This document shows positions 8,517 to 17,334 of a stretch of 64,000 bases of DNA, in pieces. Origin of the DNA: an uncultured Solirubrobacterales bacterium. GTDB lineage: Bacteria; Actinomycetota; Thermoleophilia; Solirubrobacterales; 70-9. Under the pieces are notes generated by a model that worked only from the letters and a program-made list of their open reading frames with translations, was not told where the DNA came from and did no database searches. Made by a program: the position numbers and the translations under genes. The stretch covers positions 2,623,835-2,687,834 of the forward strand of contig OY970384.1 in NCBI GenBank assembly GCA_963719435.1, written 5' to 3'. Each line of letters opens with the position of its first letter. Within the stretch, counting starts at the first letter, position 1.

Positions 8517-8954
8517 TCAGTTCTTCTCGACGACCTCGACGGTGCCGTGCATGTCGGGATGGAAGTCGCAGACGTAGGCGTAGGTGCCCGCCTGCTTGAA
8601 GGTCTCCGACTTGAGCTTGCCTTCCTCCAGCGAGCCGGTGTCGAAGCTGCCGTCCTCGGCGGTGGCCGTGTGGGCGTCCGCATCCTGGTTGAGCCAGGTC
8701 ACCTTGCCGCCGACCTGGACCGTGACCGGGTCGGGGTCGTAGGCGAAGTCGACGATCTCGACCTTGGCCGAGCGTTCGGCCTCACCACTTGGGGCGGGCG
8801 CGTTGCCGCCGCTCTCCTCGCCGGAGTCGGTCGACTCCGACTCGGTCACGGTCGCGGTGCTGGTGGAGGAGTCGTCGTCTCCACCTCCGCAGGCGGCGAG
8901 ACCCAGCGCCAAGAGGATGAGCAGAACCGCTGCGAGTGGTGCTTTGGCTTTCAT
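8517..8954 (-). CDS. cupredoxin (amicyanin/plastocyanin-like) lipoprotein
   Basis: Lipobox LGLAAC. Type-1 copper ligands are present: H in DADAHTA and C-x2-H-x2-M in YVCDFHPDMHG, the amicyanin-like spacing. Its start overlaps the stop of the upstream USP-like gene (ATGA). Confidence 0.8.
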   Translation of the reverse strand: MKAKAPLAAVLLILLALGLAACGGGDDDSSTSTATVTESESTDSGEESGGNAPAPSGEAERSAKVEIVDFAYDPDPVTVQVGGKVTWLNQDADAHTATAEDGSFDTGSLEEGKLKSETFKQAGTYAYVCDFHPDMHGTVEVVEKN

Positions 8955-9568
8955 CCCCCCGCCCTACCCTCGATGGCGAGACGGGAACCAGGCGGGGCGC
9001 CTGCAGCTCGTGATCCGTTCGCGGTCACGAACAGCCTGTCCTCCGGCCCCGGTCGCAGGATCAGTACCTCGGCTGGAGCCCTCTCCAGGAGCCAGACGAG
9101 ATCGTCGCCCGAGAATCCGGCGCCGGCCTCGGCCGTCGCCGGCACTACGACGCGATCGAAGCTCTCGCGGGAGAGCAGCCGCTCCAGGGCATGACGATAG
9201 GAGCGCCCTCGCTCGATGCGGGCGTCCACCGAGACGTCCTGGGATGCGGCGCGCTGCTCGATCGCCTCGAGCATCGGCATCGCCTTCGCCGCCTCGGATG
9301 GGATCGAGCAGTCGAGCGGCAGTCGCTTCGGCACCGCTGCCAGGTACGCCGGCATCAGCGTCGCCTCCTCCGCTCGCGCCAGACGCAACGCCGCATCGAG
9401 CGCTCGCCGCGAGATCTCCGTGCCGGTGAAGGGAAGGAGGATCTGATGGATGGCCTGCGGCCGCTCGGATCGGCGGCCGCGGAGCCGCGAACGGGCAATC
9501 AGGTGGCCGCCCATCAAGCCAGCGGCGAGCGCAACGAAGATCAGGACATGCACGATCCTCACCGTCAC
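8951..9568 (-). CDS. membrane-anchored universal-stress-protein-like protein
   Basis: GTG start overlaps the stop of the KdpD N-terminal gene (GTGA). N-terminal TM helix followed by a USP-like alpha/beta domain (ILLPFTGTEISRRALDAALRLA...VVVPA). Confidence 0.55.
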   Translation of the reverse strand: MTVRIVHVLIFVALAAGLMGGHLIARSRLRGRRSERPQAIHQILLPFTGTEISRRALDAALRLARAEEATLMPAYLAAVPKRLPLDCSIPSEAAKAMPMLEAIEQRAASQDVSVDARIERGRSYRHALERLLSRESFDRVVVPATAEAGAGFSGDDLVWLLERAPAEVLILRPGPEDRLFVTANGSRAAGAPPGSRLAIEGRAGG

Positions 9569-10677
9569 CGCTCCTCCTTTCCCATACGGCGAGCGACGAT
9601 CCGCACATCTACCCCAGCCGGCGTCGCCCGCATCAGCCGCTGCGGCAGCGGCTCCCGCAGCCGCGCCAGGCCGCGCGGCGGCTCGGACTCCCCGACCATG
9701 ATGTAGGTGATGCCGCGCTCGCGGACCACCTGCGCGACACCCTCCACGAGGCTGTCGCTCTCCTCGATCAGGAAGGTCGCGCCGAGGACCGAGGCGAGAT
9801 GGCGCAGGGCCGTCACCTGGCGCTCAACCTCGCCCTCGATCGGCTGGTTCGGCGGCTTCACCCAAAGCAGGTCGAGGCCGGTGCCGAGCCGCTGCGCGGA
9901 GCGCCAGGCGCGGCGCACAAGACGCTGCGAGCTCGGCTGCGGCCGGACCAGCGCCAGCAACCGCTCGCCCACCGCCTGCGCCACCTCGGCCGAGACCCGC
10001 TCCTCGCGGGTGCCAAGCGGAGCCTCGACCACCAGCCGCCTGGCCTCGACCTCCTGGGCGACCTGGCGCAGCGCGACCTCGCGCAGGGCCAGCAGGTTCT
10101 CGACGGTGAAGAAGTTGCGCAGCGCCGCCTCGACGTTCTCCCCCGGGTAGACCTTGCCGGCCCGCAGGCGCTCGATCAGCGCCTCGGGGGTGAGGTCGAT
10201 CAGGACCACCTCGTCGGCCTCCCCCAGCACCGCGTCGGGGATCGTCTCCCGCACCCGCGTCCCGGTCAGCTCCGCGACCTGGTCGTTCAGCGACTCGAGG
10301 TGCTGGACGTTGACGGTGGAGAAGACGTCGATGCCGGCGGCCAGCACCTCGCGCACGTCTTCGTGGCGCTTGGGGTGCTCGGCGCCGACCGCGTTGGTGT
10401 GGGCCAGCTCGTCGATCAGCGCCAGCTCGGGCGCTCGGGCCAGGAGCGCCGGCAGGTTCATCTCCTCCAGGTCGGTGCCGCGATAGGCGAGGCGCCGCCG
10501 GGGGACCGTCTCCAGGCCCTCGGCCAAAGCCGAGGTCTGCGGCCGCCGATGCGGCTCCATGTAGCCGATCGCCACGTCGCGGCCGGACTCCTGCTCGGCC
10601 TGGCCCTCCTGGAGCATCCGGTAGGTCTTGCCGACCCCGGCCGCCATGCCGATGAAGACCTTGAGGCGGCCGGCCAT
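9565..10677 (-). CDS. kdpD: stand-alone KdpD N-terminal sensor domain (KdpD + Usp domains), no TM or kinase part
   Basis: 370 aa. Walker-A-like GMAAGVGKTYRML, LIDELAHTN and a USP-type C-terminal half, as in the cytoplasmic N-terminal portion of E. coli KdpD. Begins 4 nt after the kdpB stop. Confidence 0.85.
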   Translation of the reverse strand: MAGRLKVFIGMAAGVGKTYRMLQEGQAEQESGRDVAIGYMEPHRRPQTSALAEGLETVPRRRLAYRGTDLEEMNLPALLARAPELALIDELAHTNAVGAEHPKRHEDVREVLAAGIDVFSTVNVQHLESLNDQVAELTGTRVRETIPDAVLGEADEVVLIDLTPEALIERLRAGKVYPGENVEAALRNFFTVENLLALREVALRQVAQEVEARRLVVEAPLGTREERVSAEVAQAVGERLLALVRPQPSSQRLVRRAWRSAQRLGTGLDLLWVKPPNQPIEGEVERQVTALRHLASVLGATFLIEESDSLVEGVAQVVRERGITYIMVGESEPPRGLARLREPLPQRLMRATPAGVDVRIVARRMGKEER

Positions 10678-10681
10678 CGGC

Positions 10682-12760
10682 TCATGCTCCGAGCAGGTTG
10701 TGAATCACCAGGTCTATGAGCTTGATCCCGACGAAGGGGACGATCAAGCCGCCGAGGCCGAAGATCAGCATGTTGCGGCGCAGGAGCGCCGTGGCGCCGA
10801 TCGGCCGGTAGCGGACCCCGCGCAGCGCGAGCGGCACCAGCAGCGGGATCACCAGGGCGTTGAAGACGATCGCCGAGAGGATCGCCGAGGCCGGGGTCCC
10901 CAGCTCCATGACGTTGAGCGCGTCGAGCGGCCCGCGCTCGCCGGGACCGGCGGCGTAGGTGAAGGCAAAGATCGCCGGCAGGATGGCGAAGTACTTGGCG
11001 ACGTCGTTGGCGATCGAGAAGGTGGTCAGCGCTCCGCGGGTGATGAGGAGCTGCTTGCCGATCTCCACGACCTCGATCAGCTTCGTCGGGTTGGAGTCGA
11101 GGTCGACCATGTTGCCCGCCTCGCGCGCGGCCTGGGTGCCGGTGTTCATCGCCACCCCCACGTCGGACTGCGCCAGCGCCGGGGCGTCGTTGGTCCCGTC
11201 GCCGGCCATCGCCACCATCCGGCCTTCGGCCTGGTGCCCGCGGATCAGCTCCAGCTTCTGCTCGGGGGTCGCTTCGGGGAGGAAGTCGTCGACCCCGGCC
11301 TCCTCGGCGATCTTCGCGGCGGTGAGCCGGTTGTCGCCGGTGACCATCACGGTCGAGATCCCCATCCGCCGCAGTTCGTCGAAGCGGGCGCGCATCCCCT
11401 CCTTGACGATGTCCTTCAGGTAGACGACGCCGAGGACGTGGTTGTCGCGGCAAACCGCCAGCGGCGTGCCGCCCTCACGGCCGATCAGGTCGAGCTGCTC
11501 CTGCAGCTCGACCGGCGGGCGGCCGCCCTGCTCTTCGACGTAGCGGATGATCGCGTCCCCGGCGCCCTTGCGGAACTGGTTGCCGTTGACGTCGACCCCA
11601 CTCATCCGGGTTGCGGCGGAGAAGGGGACGAAGGTGGCGGCGTGGGTGTCCAGCTCCCGCTCGCGGATGCCGTACTCGCTCTTGGCGAGGACGACGATCG
11701 AGCGCCCCTCGGGCGTCTCGTCGGCCAGCGAGGAGAGCTGCGCCGCCTCGGCCAGCTCGGAGTCCTCGATTCCCGGCATCGGGATGAACCGCGTCGCCTC
11801 GCGGTTGCCGAGCGTGATCGTGCCGGTCTTGTCGAGCAGCAGCACGTCCACGTCGCCAGAGGCCTCGACCGCGCGGCCGGAGAGGGCGAGCACGTTGTGG
11901 CGGACGAGGCGGTCCATGCCGGCGATCCCGATCGCCGAGAGCAGGGCGCCGATCGTGGTCGGGATCAGCGCCACCAGCAGCGCGATCAAAGTGACCACCG
12001 AGGCGTCGGTGCCGGAGAACTCGGCGAAGGGCCGCAGCGCGACGACCACGGCGACGAAGACGAGGGTGAGCCCGGCGAGCAGGATGTTGAGGGCGATCTC
12101 GTTCGGCGTCTTGCGTCGCTCCGCCCCCTCGACCAGGGCGATCATCCGGTCGAGGAAGCTCTGCCCCGGCTCCTGCGTGATCTCGACCACGATCCGGTCG
12201 GAGAGGACGCGGGTGCCGCCGGTGACCGCGCTGCGATCGCCGCCGGACTCGCGCACCACCGGCGCCGACTCGCCGGTGATCGCCGACTCGTCGACCGAGG
12301 CGATGCCCTCGATCACGGTGCCGTCGCCGGGGATCGCCTCCCCGGCCTCGACCACGACCACGTCGCCGCGATGAAGCTCGGAGGCCGGCTTCTCGCCGCC
12401 GTCGCGCAACCGTGCCACGGTTTCGCTGCGCATCGAGCGCAATGCATCGGCCTGCGCCTTGCCCCGCCCCTCGGCGATCGCCTCGGCGAAGTCGGCGAAG
12501 ACGACGGTGAGCCAGAGCCAGACGCCGATCGAGAAGGCAAACCAGGCGGGCTCGTCGCCGCCGCCCAGCGGCGCACCTCCGAAGACCTGGATCAGCCAGC
12601 CGGCGGTGACGATCGCGGCGCCGATCTCGACCACGAACATGACCGGGTTGTGGAACTGGTGGCGCGGATCGAGCTTGCGCAGCGAGTCGAGCGCGGCGCG
12701 CAGGAGGATCGGCCGGTCGAGCAGCGAGCGCGGTTCGTTGCGCAGCGTCTCGTCGGTCAT
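10682..12760 (-). CDS. kdpB: potassium-transporting P-type ATPase, catalytic subunit KdpB
   Basis: 692 aa. Contains DKTGTIT phosphorylation motif, TGDN and [10 protein letters not shown]. Confidence 0.95.
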   Translation of the reverse strand: MTDETLRNEPRSLLDRPILLRAALDSLRKLDPRHQFHNPVMFVVEIGAAIVTAGWLIQVFGGAPLGGGDEPAWFAFSIGVWLWLTVVFADFAEAIAEGRGKAQADALRSMRSETVARLRDGGEKPASELHRGDVVVVEAGEAIPGDGTVIEGIASVDESAITGESAPVVRESGGDRSAVTGGTRVLSDRIVVEITQEPGQSFLDRMIALVEGAERRKTPNEIALNILLAGLTLVFVAVVVALRPFAEFSGTDASVVTLIALLVALIPTTIGALLSAIGIAGMDRLVRHNVLALSGRAVEASGDVDVLLLDKTGTITLGNREATRFIPMPGIEDSELAEAAQLSSLADETPEGRSIVVLAKSEYGIRERELDTHAATFVPFSAATRMSGVDVNGNQFRKGAGDAIIRYVEEQGGRPPVELQEQLDLIGREGGTPLAVCRDNHVLGVVYLKDIVKEGMRARFDELRRMGISTVMVTGDNRLTAAKIAEEAGVDDFLPEATPEQKLELIRGHQAEGRMVAMAGDGTNDAPALAQSDVGVAMNTGTQAAREAGNMVDLDSNPTKLIEVVEIGKQLLITRGALTTFSIANDVAKYFAILPAIFAFTYAAGPGERGPLDALNVMELGTPASAILSAIVFNALVIPLLVPLALRGVRYRPIGATALLRRNMLIFGLGGLIVPFVGIKLIDLVIHNLLGA

Positions 12761-13353
12761 TCGGCGGCTCCCTGGTCGAGGGCGAGGTTGAGCTCGAGGA
12801 CGTTCACGCCGGGCTCGCCGAACAGCCCGAGGAAGCGGCCGTCGGTGTGCTCGTCGACGAGACTGAGAACGGCCGCGGGCGGCAGCTCGCGCACCGCCGC
12901 GACCCGGCGCGCCTGGATGCGGGCGTTGGCGAGCGAGATGTGGGGATCGACCCCCGAGGCGGAGGTGGTGACCGCGTCGACCGGCACCTCCCCGGCGCGC
13001 AGGCCGGGTTCATAGGGGCGCTCGCGCTTCAGGTAGGTGGCGAGCTGTTCGGCGAAGAAGTCGGAGAGCTCGCGGCTGTTGGGCCCGAGGTTGTCGAAGA
13101 AGGTGACGCTGCCGCTGTATTCGGTCGCCGACGGGCGGCTCTGGAAGTAGCGCGGCAGGCCCTCGAAGTCCTGGCCGATCAGCTTCGAGCCGACGATCCT
13201 GCCGTCCTGCTCGATCCTGCTGCCGCTGGCGGCGCCGGGGAAGACCAGCTGCGCGACCCCGGTCGTCAGCAGCGGATAGGCGACGCCGAGCACCAGCGTC
13301 AGGAAGAAGATCGCCACGGCGGCAGTGACCAGGTCTTTTCGCAGGCCGTTCAT
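12757..13353 (-). CDS. kdpC: potassium-transporting ATPase subunit KdpC
   Basis: 198 aa with a single N-terminal TM helix. Contains [20 protein letters not shown] and [20 protein letters not shown], which are KdpC signatures. Confidence 0.9.
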   Translation of the reverse strand: MNGLRKDLVTAAVAIFFLTLVLGVAYPLLTTGVAQLVFPGAASGSRIEQDGRIVGSKLIGQDFEGLPRYFQSRPSATEYSGSVTFFDNLGPNSRELSDFFAEQLATYLKRERPYEPGLRAGEVPVDAVTTSASGVDPHISLANARIQARRVAAVRELPPAAVLSLVDEHTDGRFLGLFGEPGVNVLELNLALDQGAAE

Positions 13354-13354
13354 C

Positions 13355-15109
13355 TCAGAAGAGCTGGTGGGTAAGCCCCTGCACGACGGGTCCGAGCAGG
13401 AGGGCGGGGAAGAAGGTCAGCGCGGCGACGATCACGACCACGCCGATCAGCAGCACGACGAAGGTGGGCGAGTCCGCCCGGAAGGTGCCGGCGCCGACCG
13501 GGGCGACCCGCTTGCCGGCCAGCGAGCCCGCCACCGCGAGCGCCGCGATCATCGGCAGGAAGCGGGCGAGGATCATCACCAGGCCGCCGAGCAGGTTGGC
13601 GAAGCTGAACGCTTCGGCGCCGACGTTGCCCGGCGCGTTCGGCTGCACGAAGCCGGTGTAGCCGGCGAAGGCGGAGCCGTTGTTGTTCGCCTGCGACATG
13701 TAGGCGTAGAGCGACTCCGAGAATCCCTGCGGGCCGTGGTTGTAGATCGACTGCGTGCCGTCCGGGCTAGCAACCGCAAAGGCGGTCGCGAATAGCACCA
13801 GCAGCGGCGTAACCAGGACGCCGACGAGGACCAGCTTCACCTCCCGCGACTCGATCTTCTTGCCGAGGAACTCCGGGGTGCGGCCGACCATCAGCCCGGC
13901 GATGAAGACGGTCAGGAGGACGAACAGCAGCATGTAATAGAGGCCCGAGCCGACCCCGCCGAAGACCACCTCGCCGGTCCCCATGCTCGCCAGCGGCACC
14001 AAGCCGCCGATCCCGGTCAGCGAGTCGAGCGCGGCGTTGACCGCGCCGCAGGAGGTCACGGTCGTCACCGCCGTCCACAGCGAGGACTCGGCGATCCCGA
14101 AGCGCTGCTCCTTGCCCTCCATGTTGCCGCCGGTCGAGCCTTCGATCGAGGCGGTCAGGACCCCGGCGTGGTGCTGGGCCGGGCTGCCGTGCTGCTCGGC
14201 GGCGAAGACGACCGCGACGGCGACGATGAACATCGCCATCATCGCCCCGTAGAGCGCCCAGCCCTGGCGGCGGTTGCCGACCATGTGGCCGAAGGTGGAG
14301 GTGAGGCTGGCTGGGATCAGGAGGATCAGCAGCAGCTCGACCATGTTGGTGAAGGCGCTCGCGTTCTCGAACGGGTAGGCGCTGTTGACGTTGAAGAAGC
14401 CGCCGCCGTTGGTCCCCAGCTCCTTGATCGCCTCCTGCGAGGCGACCGGCCCGAGCGCCAGCGTCTGCGTTCCCCCCGCGAGCGTGTGGAAGGTCTGGGA
14501 GCCGTCGAAGGTCTGGATCACCCCCTGGGAGACGAGCACCAGCGCGGCCACGAGCGAGATCGGCAGCAGCAGGTAGAGGTTGATCCGGATCAGGTCGGAC
14601 CAGAAGTTGCCGAGCGCCGCTCCCGAGCGGGCGGCGAAGCCGCGGATCACGGCGGCGAGGACCGCGATCCCGACCGCGGCCGAGACGAAGTTCTGCACCG
14701 TCAGGCCGACCATCTGGACGAAGTAGCTGAGCGTCGTCTCGCCGCCGTAGTACTGCCAGTTGGTGTTGGTGACGAATGAGGAGGCGGTGTTGAAGCTGAG
14801 GTTCCAGGGGCCCGACCCAAAGCCCTCGGGATTGAGCGGCTGGATGCTCTGGGTCCGCAGCAGCAGGTAGACCGCGAGCCAGGAGAGCAGGCTGAAGACG
14901 ACGATCGAGCGCGCGTAGCCCTTCCAGTCCTGCCCCTCCTCCGGCCGCACCCGCAGCAGCCGATAGGCGAAGCGCTCGAGCGGGCCGAGGAGCGGCGAGA
15001 GGAAGACCCGCTCGCCGCGGAAGACCTTGGCGATGTAGGAGCCGACCAGCGGCACCAACGCCGTCAGCACGATCAGGAAGACGACGATCTGAACCCAGCC
15101 CTGGGCCAC
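13355..15109 (-). CDS. kdpA: potassium-transporting ATPase subunit KdpA
   Basis: 584 aa polytopic protein with KdpA selectivity-filter-like segments (NTNWQYYGGE, GTNGGGFF, SCGAVNAA, NNGSAFAG). GTG start at 15109. Confidence 0.95.
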   Translation of the reverse strand: MAQGWVQIVVFLIVLTALVPLVGSYIAKVFRGERVFLSPLLGPLERFAYRLLRVRPEEGQDWKGYARSIVVFSLLSWLAVYLLLRTQSIQPLNPEGFGSGPWNLSFNTASSFVTNTNWQYYGGETTLSYFVQMVGLTVQNFVSAAVGIAVLAAVIRGFAARSGAALGNFWSDLIRINLYLLLPISLVAALVLVSQGVIQTFDGSQTFHTLAGGTQTLALGPVASQEAIKELGTNGGGFFNVNSAYPFENASAFTNMVELLLILLIPASLTSTFGHMVGNRRQGWALYGAMMAMFIVAVAVVFAAEQHGSPAQHHAGVLTASIEGSTGGNMEGKEQRFGIAESSLWTAVTTVTSCGAVNAALDSLTGIGGLVPLASMGTGEVVFGGVGSGLYYMLLFVLLTVFIAGLMVGRTPEFLGKKIESREVKLVLVGVLVTPLLVLFATAFAVASPDGTQSIYNHGPQGFSESLYAYMSQANNNGSAFAGYTGFVQPNAPGNVGAEAFSFANLLGGLVMILARFLPMIAALAVAGSLAGKRVAPVGAGTFRADSPTFVVLLIGVVVIVAALTFFPALLLGPVVQGLTHQLF

Positions 15110-15198
15110 TACAACCGCTCTCCTCGAAACAGGGCGTAGCCCAGATAGGCGAAGACCGTCGCCGCGACGATCAGGCCGAAGAGCTCAGCGGCGCTCAT
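15109..15198 (-). CDS. kdpF: KdpF micropeptide (29 aa)
   Basis: MSAAELFGLIVAATVFAYLGYALFRGERL matches the KdpF pattern (single TM helix, YL.YAL.RPE+F-like tail). Its stop overlaps the kdpA start by 1 nt. Confidence 0.8.
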   Translation of the reverse strand: MSAAELFGLIVAATVFAYLGYALFRGERL

Positions 15199-15275
15199 AC
15201 GCGGTCGATCGCCTCGATCAGCGCGTAGATCGCGCCGAAGGCGGCGAGTGCGAGGACGAGGGAGACGAGATCCAT
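15195..15275 (-). CDS. hydrophobic 26-aa micropeptide translationally coupled to kdpF (candidate)
   Basis: ATG at 15275. Translation by hand gives MDLVSLVLALAAFGAIYALIEAIDRV. Its TGA overlaps the kdpF ATG (ATGA). It is not listed in the ORF track because it is too short. Confidence 0.4.
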   Translation of the reverse strand: MDLVSLVLALAAFGAIYALIEAIDRV

Positions 15276-15353
15276 GCGGTGATCGTGCGCCCCACCCCGT
15301 CAAGGCCGCATGAAGAAACGCGGCCTCCGTATACAGATTTCGTAAAGGTGCGC

Positions 15354-16034
15354 TTAGCCCGCGAAGCGGTAGCCGACGCCCGGATCGGTGCGGATGTAGC
15401 GCGGGCCGCCGGGGGGCTCGATCTTGCTCCGCAGGTTGGCGACGTGGGCGCGCAGTACCTGCACGTCGTCTTCGTACTCGACCCCCCAGACCTCGACCAG
15501 TAGCGAGCGATGCGTCATCAGCCGGCCGCGGTTCTGGGCGAGGACCCGCAGCAGCTCGAACTCGGTCGGGGTCAGGTGGACCGCCTCGCCGTCGCGGCGC
15601 ACCGCCCGGGCCACGAGGTCGAGCTCAAGGCCCTCCGCCTCGATCACCGGCTCCGAGGCCTCGGGCCTCGCCCGCCTCAGCACCGCTTCCAAGCGCGCCA
15701 CCAGCTCCGCCGGCCCGAAAGGCTTGGTCACGTAGTCGTCGGCACCGGCGGCGAGCGCCCGCACCTTCGCCTCCTCCTCGCCGACCGCCGAGAGGACGAT
15801 GATCGGCATCTCGCTCCACTCGCGCAGCCGCTTCGTCACCTCGACCCCGTCGATGTCCGGCAGCATCAGGTCGAGGATCGCGCCGGCCGGGGGTTTCACC
15901 GCCGCGCGGTCCAGGGCCTCCTCGCCGGTGGAGGCGGTGACCGCCTCATAGCCGGCGTCTCTCAAGATCACGCGCAGGGCGCGAAGGATCTGCTCCTCGT
16001 CGTCGCAGACCAGGACCCTCGTCGGATCGCTCAC
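15354..16034 (-). CDS. kdpE: OmpR-family response regulator KdpE
   Basis: GTG 16034 overlaps the stop of the upstream kinase (GTGA). Receiver domain (VLVCDDE...DLMLPDIDG...KPF) plus winged-helix output domain (LTPTEFELLRVL...YIRTDPGVGYRF). Confidence 0.9.
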   Translation of the reverse strand: MSDPTRVLVCDDEEQILRALRVILRDAGYEAVTASTGEEALDRAAVKPPAGAILDLMLPDIDGVEVTKRLREWSEMPIIVLSAVGEEEAKVRALAAGADDYVTKPFGPAELVARLEAVLRRARPEASEPVIEAEGLELDLVARAVRRDGEAVHLTPTEFELLRVLAQNRGRLMTHRSLLVEVWGVEYEDDVQVLRAHVANLRSKIEPPGGPRYIRTDPGVGYRFAG

Positions 16035-17179
16035 GCCGCTTCTCCCCCGTGGGGCGGCAGGGTGACCACGAAGCTCGACCCCTGCCCCGGCAGCGACTCG
16101 ATCGCGATCTCGCCGCCGTTGGCCTCGATGAACCCCCTGGCGATCGCCAGGCCAAGCCCGGAGCCGGCGCTGGCGGCGTCGCCGTGCTGGAAGGGCTCGA
16201 AGATCCGCCCCCACTCGCTCTCGGGTATCCCCGGGCCCTGATCCACCACGCGCACGACGATATTGCCGCCGACCAGCCGCGAGCGAACCAGGACGGGGCG
16301 GCCGTCGCCGTAGCGCAGCCCGTTCTCGAGCAGGTTTGCGAAGGCGCGCTCGAGCTGCGCGGCGTCGGCCTCGACCATCGGCAGCTGCCCGTCGACCGCG
16401 AGCCGGATCGACTCCGCTCCCCCTCTCCCCTGTCGCGCCGCCTCCAGCACCTCGGCGAGATCGACCGGGCCGCGATGGGGCTCGGCCTTTCCCGCCTCCA
16501 GCCGGGAGAGGTCAAGCAGGTTCTCGACCAGCCGAGACAGTCGCCTCCCCTCGCCAACGATCCCCTTGCTCAGCTCGGCGCGCTCATCGGCGGTCAGAGT
16601 CTGCGACCCCAGCGCCGTCCCTCCCGCGATGATCGAGGTCAAGGGCGTGCGGAGGTCATGGGAGATGGAGCGCAGCAGCACGGTCTTCAGCTCGTCGCTG
16701 CGTCGCACCGCCTCGGCTTCCACCGCCTCGGCCTGCATCCGGTCTCGCTCGCGGGTCAGCGCCTCCAGCTCGGCCAGCGCCCGGTCGGCTTCCTCCCGCC
16801 GCCGCTCCGCCTCGACCGCACGGGCTCGCGCGAGCCCGGCGACAGTGCTGCTGACGATCGCCGCAATCACGAAGGCGGCCAACGCGACCCAGTTCTCCTC
16901 CTCGGCGATGGTGAAGCGATGCAGCGGCGGGATTTGGAAGAAGTTGAAGGCGGCCGCGCTGGCGATCGAGGCGAGCAGCCCCATGCGCAGTCCCCATACC
17001 GTCGAGATCAGCATGATCGCCGGCAGGTAGATGACCCCGAGGGAGACGACCGGCGCCACCGACTTGAGCGGGTAGACGAGGAGGGTGCCGGCCACGACTG
17101 CGGCGATCGAGGCCACGATCCCCAGCCAGGCGACTGGCGGCTCGATGCCAAGGCTGAGCTGACGTCGGCGCATCGACAT
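16031..17179 (-). CDS. kdpD: sensor histidine kinase, KdpD C-terminal type (DUF4118 TM domain + HisKA + HATPase), lacking the KdpD N-terminal sensor
   Basis: 382 aa. TM region with AAFNFFQIPPLHRFTI (DUF4118-like), H-box SISHDLRTPL, N-box LENGLRY and G-boxes. Confidence 0.85.
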   Translation of the reverse strand: MSMRRRQLSLGIEPPVAWLGIVASIAAVVAGTLLVYPLKSVAPVVSLGVIYLPAIMLISTVWGLRMGLLASIASAAAFNFFQIPPLHRFTIAEEENWVALAAFVIAAIVSSTVAGLARARAVEAERRREEADRALAELEALTRERDRMQAEAVEAEAVRRSDELKTVLLRSISHDLRTPLTSIIAGGTALGSQTLTADERAELSKGIVGEGRRLSRLVENLLDLSRLEAGKAEPHRGPVDLAEVLEAARQGRGGAESIRLAVDGQLPMVEADAAQLERAFANLLENGLRYGDGRPVLVRSRLVGGNIVVRVVDQGPGIPESEWGRIFEPFQHGDAASAGSGLGLAIARGFIEANGGEIAIESLPGQGSSFVVTLPPHGGEAA

Positions 17180-17334
17180 CAGGGTATGCCCGCGCCGCCG
17201 AGGTAGAGCGGGTGGCGACTGCCTTTCTATTGCCCACAGCGCCGCAGCGCCTTCGGAGGGTCAGGCTGGGGCTGTCGCGTTGCCCGGCCCCGTTGCCACA
17301 TATTCAGGATCCACCGTGCGCAATCCCATATCCG

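Noticed and set aside
9565-10677. KdpD N-terminal gene as a pseudogene fragment left by a deletion or rearrangement.
   Set aside because: The ORF is full-length for the domain (370 aa, similar to the cyanobacterial short KdpD). It has a proper ATG 4 nt after kdpB and is itself overlapped (GTGA) by the next gene. This is consistent with a maintained, expressed gene.
15276-15353. c-di-AMP (ydaO/kimA-type) riboswitch or other leader upstream of kdpF, and likewise in 17180-17334 upstream of the kinase gene.
   Set aside because: I could not find the pseudo-two-fold ydaO architecture or its conserved ACGGGG/CCCA-type segments. Only a 6-bp hairpin (GGCCGC-N10-GCGGCC) and a TTGACG hexamer are present. 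A covariance-model scan would be needed to exclude it formally.
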